Source: an uncultured bacterium (GTDB taxonomy: Bacteria; Zixibacteria; MSB-5A5; CAIYYT01). From it: DNA of 64,000 nt. The number at the start of each line of letters is the position of its first letter. Position 1 is the first letter of the stretch. The translations under genes and the position numbers were made by a program. The DNA is taken from contig CAVSCK010000003.1 in the NCBI GenBank assembly GCA_963726455.1, positions 96,001 through 160,000 of the forward strand, written 5' to 3'. The notes beneath the pieces are model-generated. The model did no database searches and was not told the origin of the DNA. It was given only the letters and a program-made list of their open reading frames with translations. This document shows, piece by piece, positions 50,903 through 59,606 of this stretch.

Positions 50903-51889
50903 TTACGGCAAACGCCGCCAAACGGTTTCCCTCAACAGCAATTCCAGCAGCAATCCCAAAGCGCCAATCATCAATAGATAGGGGAAGAATTCGTTGTATT
51001 GCAGATACTCTTTTACCTTGATTTTGGTCTTCTCCAAATCGGATATCTGGTCATAGATATTCTTCAGCATGTCCGCTGATTTGGCGCGGAAATATTTGCC
51101 GCCGGTGATATCAGCAATCTGCTTAAGTTGGTTTTCATCCAGTTCATTATTAATGAAGATATAGCGCTTGCCAAAGATCGGATCTTCGATGGGATACGGC
51201 GCCTGTCCGAGCTTTCCTACGCCTACTGTATAGACGCGTATTCCCAGCGCCTTGGCGATGTCGGCTGCCGTTTGCGGATCGATTTCGCCGGCGTTGTTGA
51301 TGCCGTCGGTCAGCAGAATGATGATGCGGGATTTTGCCTTGGAATCGCGCAGGCGATTTACAGCATTGGCGATGCCCATACCGATAGCCGTACCGTCTTC
51401 AACCATCCCGAAATCGACTTGATCGACGAATGTAAGCAATACACCATAGTCAAGCGTGAGCGGACACTGCGTAAATGCCTGCCGCGCGAAAACGACCAGC
51501 CCAATGCGGTCGTTCTGCCTGCCCTTGACGAAGTCCTTGATAACTTCTTTGGCGACGAAAAGGCGATTTTGCGGTTTGAAATCCTCGGACTTCATACTAG
51601 TCGAGATATCAAGCGCCAGCATGATGTCGATTCCCTCGGAGGTGACTTCCGTAGTCTTTTTGCCTGACTGTGGCCGCGCCAGTGCCAATATGAAGAATGA
51701 CAGCGCCAACAACCGCAAGATCGGCAGGATTCGGCGGCGCTTGGCACGCGGAGATGCCTGTGCGCCACGCAGCAACGTGATGTCAGAGAATTTGATCGCA
51801 GCTTCCCGCCTTCTGCGAAACGCGAAGAAGCCGAGCACCGGTATCAGCAGCAACAGCCAGAGATAGATCGGACTGGCAAACTGAAACAT
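50903..51889 (-). CDS. batA: BatA vWA-domain protein
   Basis: F.SP.YLWLL, ALARPQ, GIDIMLALDIS.SM...DF.P.NRL, GTAIG.G.A.AVNRL..SKAKS..IILLTDG.NN.G. Confidence 0.92.
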   Translation of the reverse strand: MFQFASPIYLWLLLLIPVLGFFAFRRRREAAIKFSDITLLRGAQASPRAKRRRILPILRLLALSFFILALARPQSGKKTTEVTSEGIDIMLALDISTSMKSEDFKPQNRLFVAKEVIKDFVKGRQNDRIGLVVFARQAFTQCPLTLDYGVLLTFVDQVDFGMVEDGTAIGMGIANAVNRLRDSKAKSRIIILLTDGINNAGEIDPQTAADIAKALGIRVYTVGVGKLGQAPYPIEDPIFGKRYIFINNELDENQLKQIADITGGKYFRAKSADMLKNIYDQISDLEKTKIKVKEYLQYNEFFPYLLMIGALGLLLELLLRETVWRRLP

Positions 51890-52843
51890 CTACTCGGTCT
51901 CCTTGGTCGTTGCAAACGGCAGTGAACGAGTTTGCATGACAAATTCCTTGGCGGTGATAAAGTCAGTCTCGATGTCGTCGGTTGTCGGGTGATATTTGGC
52001 GAACTTGACAATATCGCATTCTTCAAGGAAATCGTGAATAATGTGTTCTTCCTGGCTGTCCAACGATAACTTGCGGAATTCGAGGATAATTTCGAACGTC
52101 GTGCGTTCCAGCGCGGAGATGCCGTAGCGGCGCTCCAGATAGCGGCGGAAGATGTCAGACAACTGCAAATAGAATAACTTGTATTCACCGCGAGCGATCA
52201 GGTCAGACTCTTTGAGTTTGGCCAATTCCTCCAGCGCGATTTCCCATGGCAGGCGCAGGTCGGCGACCGAAGTAGTCAGGTCAATCGGCTTCCTGGCCCG
52301 TCGGTACAGCCAGAAGAACACGGCGCCGCCGATTAATAGCGCCGCTCCCAGGATCACCCACAGGGTCGGAAATTCACGCGGGAAAGTCTTTTGGGGCTTC
52401 AGCGGTTTTATATCCGCGCCTTCCTCTCCGGTCAACAGCGAATTGACCTTGATCGGCAGCGGATCGGTGGCGATGGACTTGACCTCGCCCGACGGCGTGC
52501 GATAGTGAATGGTGATCGGCGGTATTTGATAATCTCCGGTCGTGAAGGTCGTGATGACAAACCCTTCGGTAGTAGTGCGCACTCCGCTCTTGACGTTGAC
52601 CTGCCGCGGCTTGTAGTCTTTCACCTCGAACGCGCCCAGGTTCGTGCCTACTGTCAGTGAATCGACTGCCAGCGAAGTATCGGAGGTAATTGTGACGGTA
52701 TAGAGTATCCTGTCACCAATCGTAATAGTCTGTTTATCGATGTTCGACGACACGCTGATCTTGTCTTGCGCGAACAAAGCGGAACTGAGAAACAGCAACC
52801 ACAAAATCGTCAGTAATCTAAAGCGGCTCACGGTTCCTCTCAT
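51890..52843 (-). CDS. Bat-operon accessory membrane protein (BatD/DUF4381-like)
   Basis: Signal peptide, IDKQTITIGD.I.Y, DIKPLK, TM helix, P.EIALEEL..L, FY..LSDI.R.YLE, A.ERTT.EI, DIVKFAK; start may be 52843 or 52831. Confidence 0.8.
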   Translation of the reverse strand: MRGTVSRFRLLTILWLLFLSSALFAQDKISVSSNIDKQTITIGDRILYTVTITSDTSLAVDSLTVGTNLGAFEVKDYKPRQVNVKSGVRTTTEGFVITTFTTGDYQIPPITIHYRTPSGEVKSIATDPLPIKVNSLLTGEEGADIKPLKPQKTFPREFPTLWVILGAALLIGGAVFFWLYRRARKPIDLTTSVADLRLPWEIALEELAKLKESDLIARGEYKLFYLQLSDIFRRYLERRYGISALERTTFEIILEFRKLSLDSQEEHIIHDFLEECDIVKFAKYHPTTDDIETDFITAKEFVMQTRSLPFATTKETE

Positions 52844-54288
52844 ATAACTGCGTATCCCCAATCGTAGACGCGAGATGATAATTACTGTCGAGTGTGCCTT
52901 GCCACTCGGGATAGACTTTGTAGTCAACCAATACCAGTTTTGGTCGTTGTTGTTGCAGGGCGCTGACTATGTCGCTGTTCGTTAACAGATGGTTTTCTGA
53001 GTAGCACGATTTGTCGATCTTCAACGGAAAGTAGAAACCAACATGCTCGGAACCGCGCAACTGCGGGCGATCTGACAATGCCGGGTAACCGGCCCATTCC
53101 GACAACAACGTGTCCTGAATTGATGTTCGAGTTTCGATTTCGCCAACGACATCGCGCAAGTGGGTCAACGTAAAGCGTTCATCTCTGGGACGCGGCGCTA
53201 CGATGAACAGGTAGACAAACGGCAGCATTCCAACGGCATATAATAACCCCGCCGAACGCCGCAGCGGTTTCAGACCGGGAGTACGCACGATGAACACAAA
53301 GACCGGAAGTGCCGCGATAATCAGATACGGAACTGCTTCCTGAAAATATTGAAGCAGTACCGGCGTGGGTATCAGGTATATCAAACTGATGAGTGCCGCG
53401 AAGAGAAGTGATCTGCGATAGATCGAGCTAAGCTCCACCAACCGATGCTTCAACAAATACCAACTGCCGAGCAGCGCTCCCAAGAGCAGAATCGTTTGCG
53501 GAAGTGCGAGAAATGTGCCAAACACTTTCACCTTGTGAAGGATCAGCGCCGAGAAGGGCGTGATCGGCTGACGGTATAGATGAAATACCAGATTGCTGAA
53601 CAGAAACTGCGACGGCGCCTGAAGAAACAACACCAGCGATGGGATCGTCGGAATCGCCACACCGGCCGCGATGAACGCCAGCGCCCGCGACAGTGGAACA
53701 CCTTTCTGATTCGACGCGCGAAGGAGAAAGTAGAGATACACCGGCATAAGCAGGAGAAAGATCGACCGGAAATTGATCGCGGTGGACAAGAACATAGCCG
53801 ACAAAAACAGGTTTCGGTCAGATCTTGTCATTCGAGTTTTCCACTCGCAATAAGAACATAAACGCAAGCAGCAGGAACAGGTCGACAAACGCATACGGCT
53901 TGAACACCGAATGCCAGGCGAGGATCATTCCGTTGGCCGCTATCAGCACCGCTGCAATCAAAGCAGCATTGTCATCCCGCGTACTCTCCCTGACTGTGCG
54001 GAATGCAAACAAGGTCAGCAATAAGCCGGCTACGAGAGATAGTATTCGTAACAGAAGCAGTGAAGTGATACCCCAGCCGGAAATCATGGCTGACAGAAGC
54101 GGCAGTAACGGCGCCTGCGGATAGAAGAAATCCTTGTAGAGAGTCATGCCGTCGGCGACGCGTTGGGCTGCCGCCAAATAGAAGCCCTCGTCGCCGTCCG
54201 CCAACCGGAAAAAGACAAAGACAGACGACAGTGCCGCCTGACTGATCAACACCAGAAACAGCAACTTCTGTGTTCGACCCAGTGTCAC
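52818..54288 (-). CDS. ArnT/PMT-like (GT-C) polytopic glycosyltransferase; frameshift near 53826
   Basis: N-terminal DGDEGFY...A.....G..LY.DFF..Q.PL; many TM helices across ORFs 53818-54288 and 52818-53894, which join on removing one base. Confidence 0.75.
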
Positions 54289-55166
54289 CGGCGGTACCTC
54301 CGCTCGCGCTGCTTGAAGAAGGCCGACAACGGGAAGATGTAATCCTGGCCGGTGGTAAGCTGGATATAGTCGAGATTCATGCGGCGAAAGGCCCGCTCCA
54401 GTTGGTCGTTCAATTCCACGGCGCGATTCGAAAATTCTTTGCGAAATAGCAGATCGGCAGTATCCACGGTGATGATCTCGCCGGTTTCAGCATCTTCAAA
54501 GTCGATCATGCCGAAGTTTTCCAGCTTCGATTCGCGCGGATCGGATATTCTAATAGCAATCAGGTCGTGCCGGCGGTTGGCGATCATCAGGTCACTGGCA
54601 TAGCCGGAACTGAGAAAGTCGCTGATGAGAAAGACAACTGACTTGCGCTTGATGACGCGATTCAAGTATTCGAGCGCCGCACCGATGTTGGTCGATCGGC
54701 CGGTGGGCTTGAAATAGAGAATTTCGCGAATCAGCCGCAAGACATGCGCTCTTCCTTTGCGCGGCGCAATGAACTTCTCCACCTCATCGGTGAAGATGAT
54801 CATGCCCACCTTGTCGTTGTTATTCGTCGCCGAGAAAGCCAGCAGTCCGCAGATTTCGGCGGCCATTTCTTCCTTCAATTGTGTCCTGGTGCCAAATTGT
54901 CCCGACGAGGATGCATCAACGAGCAGCATCACGGACAGCTCTCGCTCTTCGCGAAACTTCTTGACGAACGGCATGCCGGTTCGGGCGGTGACGTTCCAGT
55001 CAATCAGGCGGACGTCATCCCCCGGCTGGTACTCGCGCACTTCCTCGAATTCCATGCCGCGTCCGCGGAAGCTGGAGTGATATTCGCCGGCGAAAACGTC
55101 GTTGACAAGTTTTCGGGTCGTTATTTCGATGCGGCGGATTTTCTTGATGATATCTTTAGGAAGCAC
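54285..55166 (-). CDS. DUF58 family protein (MoxR-associated)
   Basis: GEYHSSFRGRGMEFEEVREYQPGDDVR.IDWNVTAR, EEREL, ISDF. Confidence 0.93.
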   Translation of the reverse strand: MLPKDIIKKIRRIEITTRKLVNDVFAGEYHSSFRGRGMEFEEVREYQPGDDVRLIDWNVTARTGMPFVKKFREERELSVMLLVDASSSGQFGTRTQLKEEMAAEICGLLAFSATNNNDKVGMIIFTDEVEKFIAPRKGRAHVLRLIREILYFKPTGRSTNIGAALEYLNRVIKRKSVVFLISDFLSSGYASDLMIANRRHDLIAIRISDPRESKLENFGMIDFEDAETGEIITVDTADLLFRKEFSNRAVELNDQLERAFRRMNLDYIQLTTGQDYIFPLSAFFKQRERRYRR

Positions 55167-55169
55167 CGC

Positions 55170-56156
55170 TTACGGAACCTCAACCTCGTTGAACACCTTG
55201 GTCACAATCGCCTCGCTGTCAACTTCCTCGGCCTCGGCTTCATACGATACGATAACTCGGTGCCGCAATACGTCCATGCCGATGTTCTTGACATCATCCG
55301 GCGTGATATAGCCGCGCCCCTTGAGAAACGCATGCGCCTTGGATGCCATGGTCAAATAGATGGTCGCGCGAGGTGATGCGCCGTAATCAATCAAATCCTT
55401 GATCTTAAGATTGTAAGCTTCGGGATTGCGCGTGGCCGAGACGACATCAACGATGTATTCCTTCACCTTGTCATCGACATAGATCTTGTTCATGACGTTG
55501 CGGGCATTGATGATGTCCTGCGGCGTAATTACCGGTTTGATGTCGAATTTCTGCCCCACCGTCATGCGGTTGAGGATTTCGAGTTCTTCGGCCTTTGAGG
55601 GATAAGTGATTCTTAGCTTGAACATGAAGCGGTCAACCTGCGCCTCGGGCAGCGGGTAGGTGCCTTCCTGCTCGATGGGATTCTGCGTCGCCATCACCAT
55701 GAACGGATCTGGCAGCGGGTACGTGGTATCGGCGATCGTAACCTGCCGCTCCTGCATCGCCTCCAGAAGGGCGGACTGGACTTTCGCAGGGGCGCGGTTG
55801 ATTTCGTCGGCCAGAATCAGGTTAGCGAAAATCGGCCCTTTTCTAACCGTGAACTTGCCATCGGTCTGGGAATAGATCATGGTGCCGACGAGATCGGCGG
55901 GCAGCAAATCGGGTGTGAATTGCAGACGCTGAAAATGCGCCTGAATTGCCTGGCACAGGGTCTTAATGGACAGAGTTTTGGCCAATCCCGGCACACCCTC
56001 GACCAGCACATGGCCGTCCGCCAGCAGCGCCATCATCATCCGGTCGATCAGGTATTCCTGGCCAACGATGACCTTGGCAATCTCCGCTTTGAGACGCTGA
56101 ATAAACTCGTGTTGCTTCTCTACTTCCGCTTGAATTTCCTTAATATCCTGATTCAC
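55170..56156 (-). CDS. moxR: MoxR-family AAA+ ATPase
   Basis: GHVLVEGVPGLAKT, QFTPDLLPAD, ADEINRAPAKVQSALLEAMQE, ATQNPIEQEGTYPLPEAQ.DRF, GASPRA. Confidence 0.95.
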   Translation of the reverse strand: MNQDIKEIQAEVEKQHEFIQRLKAEIAKVIVGQEYLIDRMMMALLADGHVLVEGVPGLAKTLSIKTLCQAIQAHFQRLQFTPDLLPADLVGTMIYSQTDGKFTVRKGPIFANLILADEINRAPAKVQSALLEAMQERQVTIADTTYPLPDPFMVMATQNPIEQEGTYPLPEAQVDRFMFKLRITYPSKAEELEILNRMTVGQKFDIKPVITPQDIINARNVMNKIYVDDKVKEYIVDVVSATRNPEAYNLKIKDLIDYGASPRATIYLTMASKAHAFLKGRGYITPDDVKNIGMDVLRHRVIVSYEAEAEEVDSEAIVTKVFNEVEVP

Positions 56157-56203
56157 CTTTTATCTCCCGAAGGTAAGTTACATATGGTCTATGTTTTACG
56201 GCA

Positions 56204-57034
56204 TCATTTCAGGAACAGTTCCACGATTCTTTCCGCGCGGCCGGCGGCTTGTGAGCCATCCTGGACATTTACGGTCCCGGATGAAAATTTGACGCTTTCG
56301 CAGAAGTCAAACAGGCCTTTACAGGCCGAGAGCCCCTCTTCATCGAGTCCTTTTTCTGTGAGCCAGCGCAGCAAATCTGCTGAAGTGAATCCGGAAAGTC
56401 TGGCGTCGTACTTGCGTTCGACCAGGGAAGTTATCAAACGCATGGCCTCAGACGCAAAGGCGCGGTAGTCCTGCCGGTCGGCGAGCTTCTTGACCTCGGC
56501 GAAACGCTGCCGGTATTCATCGCGCCAGTCCGAAACGGATTGCTCCGGCTGCGTCCTCACTTTTCTTCGTCTTGCCGCGGCCGCCGCGATAATGATGATA
56601 ATTGCTGCACTAAAGATGATTATCACGGGCGAGTGCGATTTTCCTGCTTGTTTGGGCTGGGCAATTTCGACGGTGATCGGTTCGGAAGCCAGCGTGTCAA
56701 AGACCGAGCCGTTCTGAAACTCAACCTTGAATGACGGAATCGTTATCGACCCACTGCGCCCCGGAACAAGCTCATAAAGATAATTGCGAACAATTATATC
56801 CCCCTGCCGTTCGACACTGCTGCCCGAACCGCCGATTTGCAGGCCGATGATATTCGGTGGCGGCAGAGGCGTAGTCTTGACGGCAGGATCAGAGACCTTG
56901 ACTTCAAGCTGAAGGTGTAACTTGTCTTCAAAAGCGGCGCTGAGTTTGTCTACCGATGCCTTGAATGACATTTCGGCGAAGACAGCGTTCGCCGACAGGA
57001 GCATAGCAGCTATAATGAATGTGACAACTTGCAT
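56204..57034 (-). CDS. Short BatD-like membrane protein
   Basis: Likely start MQVVTFII; ASVDK......D...L.LEV, Y.YEL.P.RSG..TIP, TM helix, TS.DL, C..VKFS. Confidence 0.7.
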   Translation of the reverse strand: MQVVTFIIAAMLLSANAVFAEMSFKASVDKLSAAFEDKLHLQLEVKVSDPAVKTTPLPPPNIIGLQIGGSGSSVERQGDIIVRNYLYELVPGRSGSITIPSFKVEFQNGSVFDTLASEPITVEIAQPKQAGKSHSPVIIIFSAAIIIIIAAAAARRRKVRTQPEQSVSDWRDEYRQRFAEVKKLADRQDYRAFASEAMRLITSLVERKYDARLSGFTSADLLRWLTEKGLDEEGLSACKGLFDFCESVKFSSGTVNVQDGSQAAGRAERIVELFLK

Positions 57035-57144
57035 TAACAACTCTATGAATTTTACGCGATTCCCCGTGTTGGTTCCCATCCTAATGTGTTGCACTCTTCC
57101 CTTTCGTTTCCTCACGCGCTTGGCGACTGCGACAGTTCAATCGG

Positions 57145-57978
57145 CTAGGTGACCCCAGCTACAGTCAGCGCCCCTAATGCGGGCAGCATGACGACTTTCA
57201 GGGCAATCGACGCCCGCGCCATATTGTCTCGTCCATCCCGGAACACGAACAGGACGAAGATTAGCGACAAAGGCACGTTTACCGCAAGCGAAATCAACAG
57301 GAGATAGGCCGTTGACAGATGCAACAGGACATACCCAAGGTACGATACCACAATCAGCAACGCAAACGCTGTCGCCGCAAAGACGCGTGCCGTCTTGTTC
57401 CCCCAGACGATCGGAATTGTTCTGCGGCCGGCAATCCTGTCGCCTTCGACATCTTCGATGTCTTTGATGACCTCGCGCCCGAAATGATAAAGGAAGATCA
57501 GCGCTCCCCCTCCGATCAACAGCCAGCGATGTTGGGAATCAGGATTCGTCAGGAACCCTCCCAACACGCAGGCCGAACTGCACAGAATCGCCACCCACAG
57601 GTTTGCGATGACCAGATAAGACGACAACTTGAAGGAATAGAGAAACAGCGCGGCGGCAAATACTGCGAAGAACAACCAGACAGAGAGTTTCGATCCGTAA
57701 AGCGCGACGGCACCCAGGACGATGCACAGCAAGGCCGCGTTTATTCCCTCCCAGGCAGAAAGCTTGCGCGACGGAAAAGGGCGATTCGGTTTGTTGATCT
57801 TGTCGGCGCGGAAATCGCAGAGGTCATTGACGATGTAACCATATGAGGCAATGAAGAACGTTGCGATCGCGATTCCGATGGGCAATGCAATGCGTCCCGA
57901 TCCGAGCGCAATTGCCGGAATCAGAGTCAGTGCGGCAATGGCGCCATTCAGAGGACGCATCATGGTGAGCACCGCCAA
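57145..57978 (-). CDS. UbiA-family prenyltransferase, DGGGP-synthase-like
   Basis: MRPLN, GY.VND.CD...D.INKP.RP.PS, LY...L.....I.N, REVIKDIEDVEGD...G..TIP...G; an in-frame CTG at 57990 overlapping the upstream stop is an alternative start. Confidence 0.82.
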   Translation of the reverse strand: MAVLTMMRPLNGAIAALTLIPAIALGSGRIALPIGIAIATFFIASYGYIVNDLCDFRADKINKPNRPFPSRKLSAWEGINAALLCIVLGAVALYGSKLSVWLFFAVFAAALFLYSFKLSSYLVIANLWVAILCSSACVLGGFLTNPDSQHRWLLIGGGALIFLYHFGREVIKDIEDVEGDRIAGRRTIPIVWGNKTARVFAATAFALLIVVSYLGYVLLHLSTAYLLLISLAVNVPLSLIFVLFVFRDGRDNMARASIALKVVMLPALGALTVAGVT

Positions 57979-57986
57979 TAGCTTTG

Positions 57987-59606
57987 TCAGAGTTTGCCCT
58001 CCAAACCCAAATGTACCAGCATGCGTCCCAGCTTCTTTTCCTCGCCCATCGAAATATCAAAACGGAACGAACCGGCAGACGTCATGACAATCATCCCCAC
58101 GCCAAAACCTGCCAACGGTCCGTCCTTTGACTTGGACTTAATGTAGGCATTATCACTGAACAGATGCAACATCAAGTTGCCGGCGGCATACCATTGCAGT
58201 TCGGTCGATCCGATGAAACCCAGTCTGGCGAGATAACTATTTTCGCGATAGCCGCGAACCGTTTCGACACCGCCAACAGGTATCAACTGATCGATGGGAA
58301 TAGCAGCGAAATCAGACGTGATCTGAAAGTATTGAGCGCGCTGAAAGAGAATCAGATTGTGCCGCAGCGGCAACCAGATTTTGGCATCGGTGTTGAGATT
58401 ACTGGAATAACCGTTGTTAGACACACTGCCGCTTTCGAATGACTTGCGATAAGCCGAGGTGACTTGCTGCGTAACAAAAGCGCCGCGCGTCGTGCGATGA
58501 ATGTCGTTGCGACGATCATATTGAACGTTCAGGTCAACTGCCAGCAGACGCGCCGACGGTGACGTCTGATTTTCCTGTGGCGTAATCTTGTTCCAGCGTA
58601 TCGCACTACCGAGACTCCAATTCTCACTCAAGTGACAACTGGCTCCGGCCGTGGCGCTGGTGCTGTTGAAGGAAGAATCGCGAGCTTCCTGTGACAATGT
58701 GGCGCGCAAGTCGAGCGGATAGTCATCGAAATACGGCAACAGCGCGTTGAGGTTAAGTTTACGCGACAATTGATTCTGGCGCGACCAGATGAAGCCGAAT
58801 TCTTCCCCGCGGCCAAATGCATTGATCAGATTCACCGACACCTGGCCGGCGATCGTGTTGTCGGGGTTGAGATAGGCAAGTCCGTCGAAGGCGAGGTTGC
58901 GTTCATCACGCAAGGGCAGCGCGACATTTACGGTGCGGTTGAGACTTTCATAGGTGAGAGACGCTTTGCCTGATGGTTTGCAGTGGCGGAGATGACCCAG
59001 CGTTCGCTCGGACGATTCCAAATCGGTCTCGCGAAATAAGTCGCCGGAATGAAGAGCCAACCGCTTGCGCAATGGCTCTGGTTTCGTGGTCCTGATGCCG
59101 GGAAAATCAACATTGCCCACTGTGACAAGCGGCCCCTCAACTACAAGCATGTGTGCAATGATGATCGCATCGGAAATATCAAGATTCTTGATCTCTGCCT
59201 GTGCGAACGGGTATCCGTTGTTAGCATACAGGCGAGTCAACTCCTTTGTCAACTGCTCAAGACTCGATTTCGTAAGCGGCGCTGAGTGCGGCAACTCCTG
59301 CAGCAATCGCGCCGCGGTGGAGTCGGCAAGTCCTATCAGGCGAAGTTCGGAACAGGTGAAACGTTTGCCTTCGGTTATCGAGAACAGCGTATCGGCGGCG
59401 GTGATCTTCGCGGAAACTTGTCCGAGGAAGTAGCCGTCTGCGGCATAGGCAGCACTGATCGACTTGAGATGCTGATCTACGTCACCCGGTTGCGTGCACA
59501 ATTCCATCAGTACTGCGCTGCGGAAATGATGATTGCCTTCAAAGCGTACAGCCGCGTTCGCGCACGAATACAGTACAAGTACGGCGATCAAGATTCTTCG
59601 TGTCAT
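57987..59606 (-). CDS. Second Omp85-family (BamA/TamA-like) outer membrane protein
   Basis: FEGN, Y...GYF and YANNGYPFA POTRA motifs, N.FGRGE, GG..TVRGY.E, GFGVG. Confidence 0.85.
   Translation of the reverse strand: MTRRILIAVLVLYSCANAAVRFEGNHHFRSAVLMELCTQPGDVDQHLKSISAAYAADGYFLGQVSAKITAADTLFSITEGKRFTCSELRLIGLADSTAARLLQELPHSAPLTKSSLEQLTKELTRLYANNGYPFAQAEIKNLDISDAIIIAHMLVVEGPLVTVGNVDFPGIRTTKPEPLRKRLALHSGDLFRETDLESSERTLGHLRHCKPSGKASLTYESLNRTVNVALPLRDERNLAFDGLAYLNPDNTIAGQVSVNLINAFGRGEEFGFIWSRQNQLSRKLNLNALLPYFDDYPLDLRATLSQEARDSSFNSTSATAGASCHLSENWSLGSAIRWNKITPQENQTSPSARLLAVDLNVQYDRRNDIHRTTRGAFVTQQVTSAYRKSFESGSVSNNGYSSNLNTDAKIWLPLRHNLILFQRAQYFQITSDFAAIPIDQLIPVGGVETVRGYRENSYLARLGFIGSTELQWYAAGNLMLHLFSDNAYIKSKSKDGPLAGFGVGMIVMTSAGSFRFDISMGEEKKLGRMLVHLGLEGKL

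Noticed and set aside
53818-53820. TGA ending the first GT-C fragment as a possible selenocysteine codon
   Set aside because: Reading through in frame gives a non-membrane sequence; the TM continuation lies in another frame, so this is a frameshift. I found no convincing in-frame Sec codon in the window.
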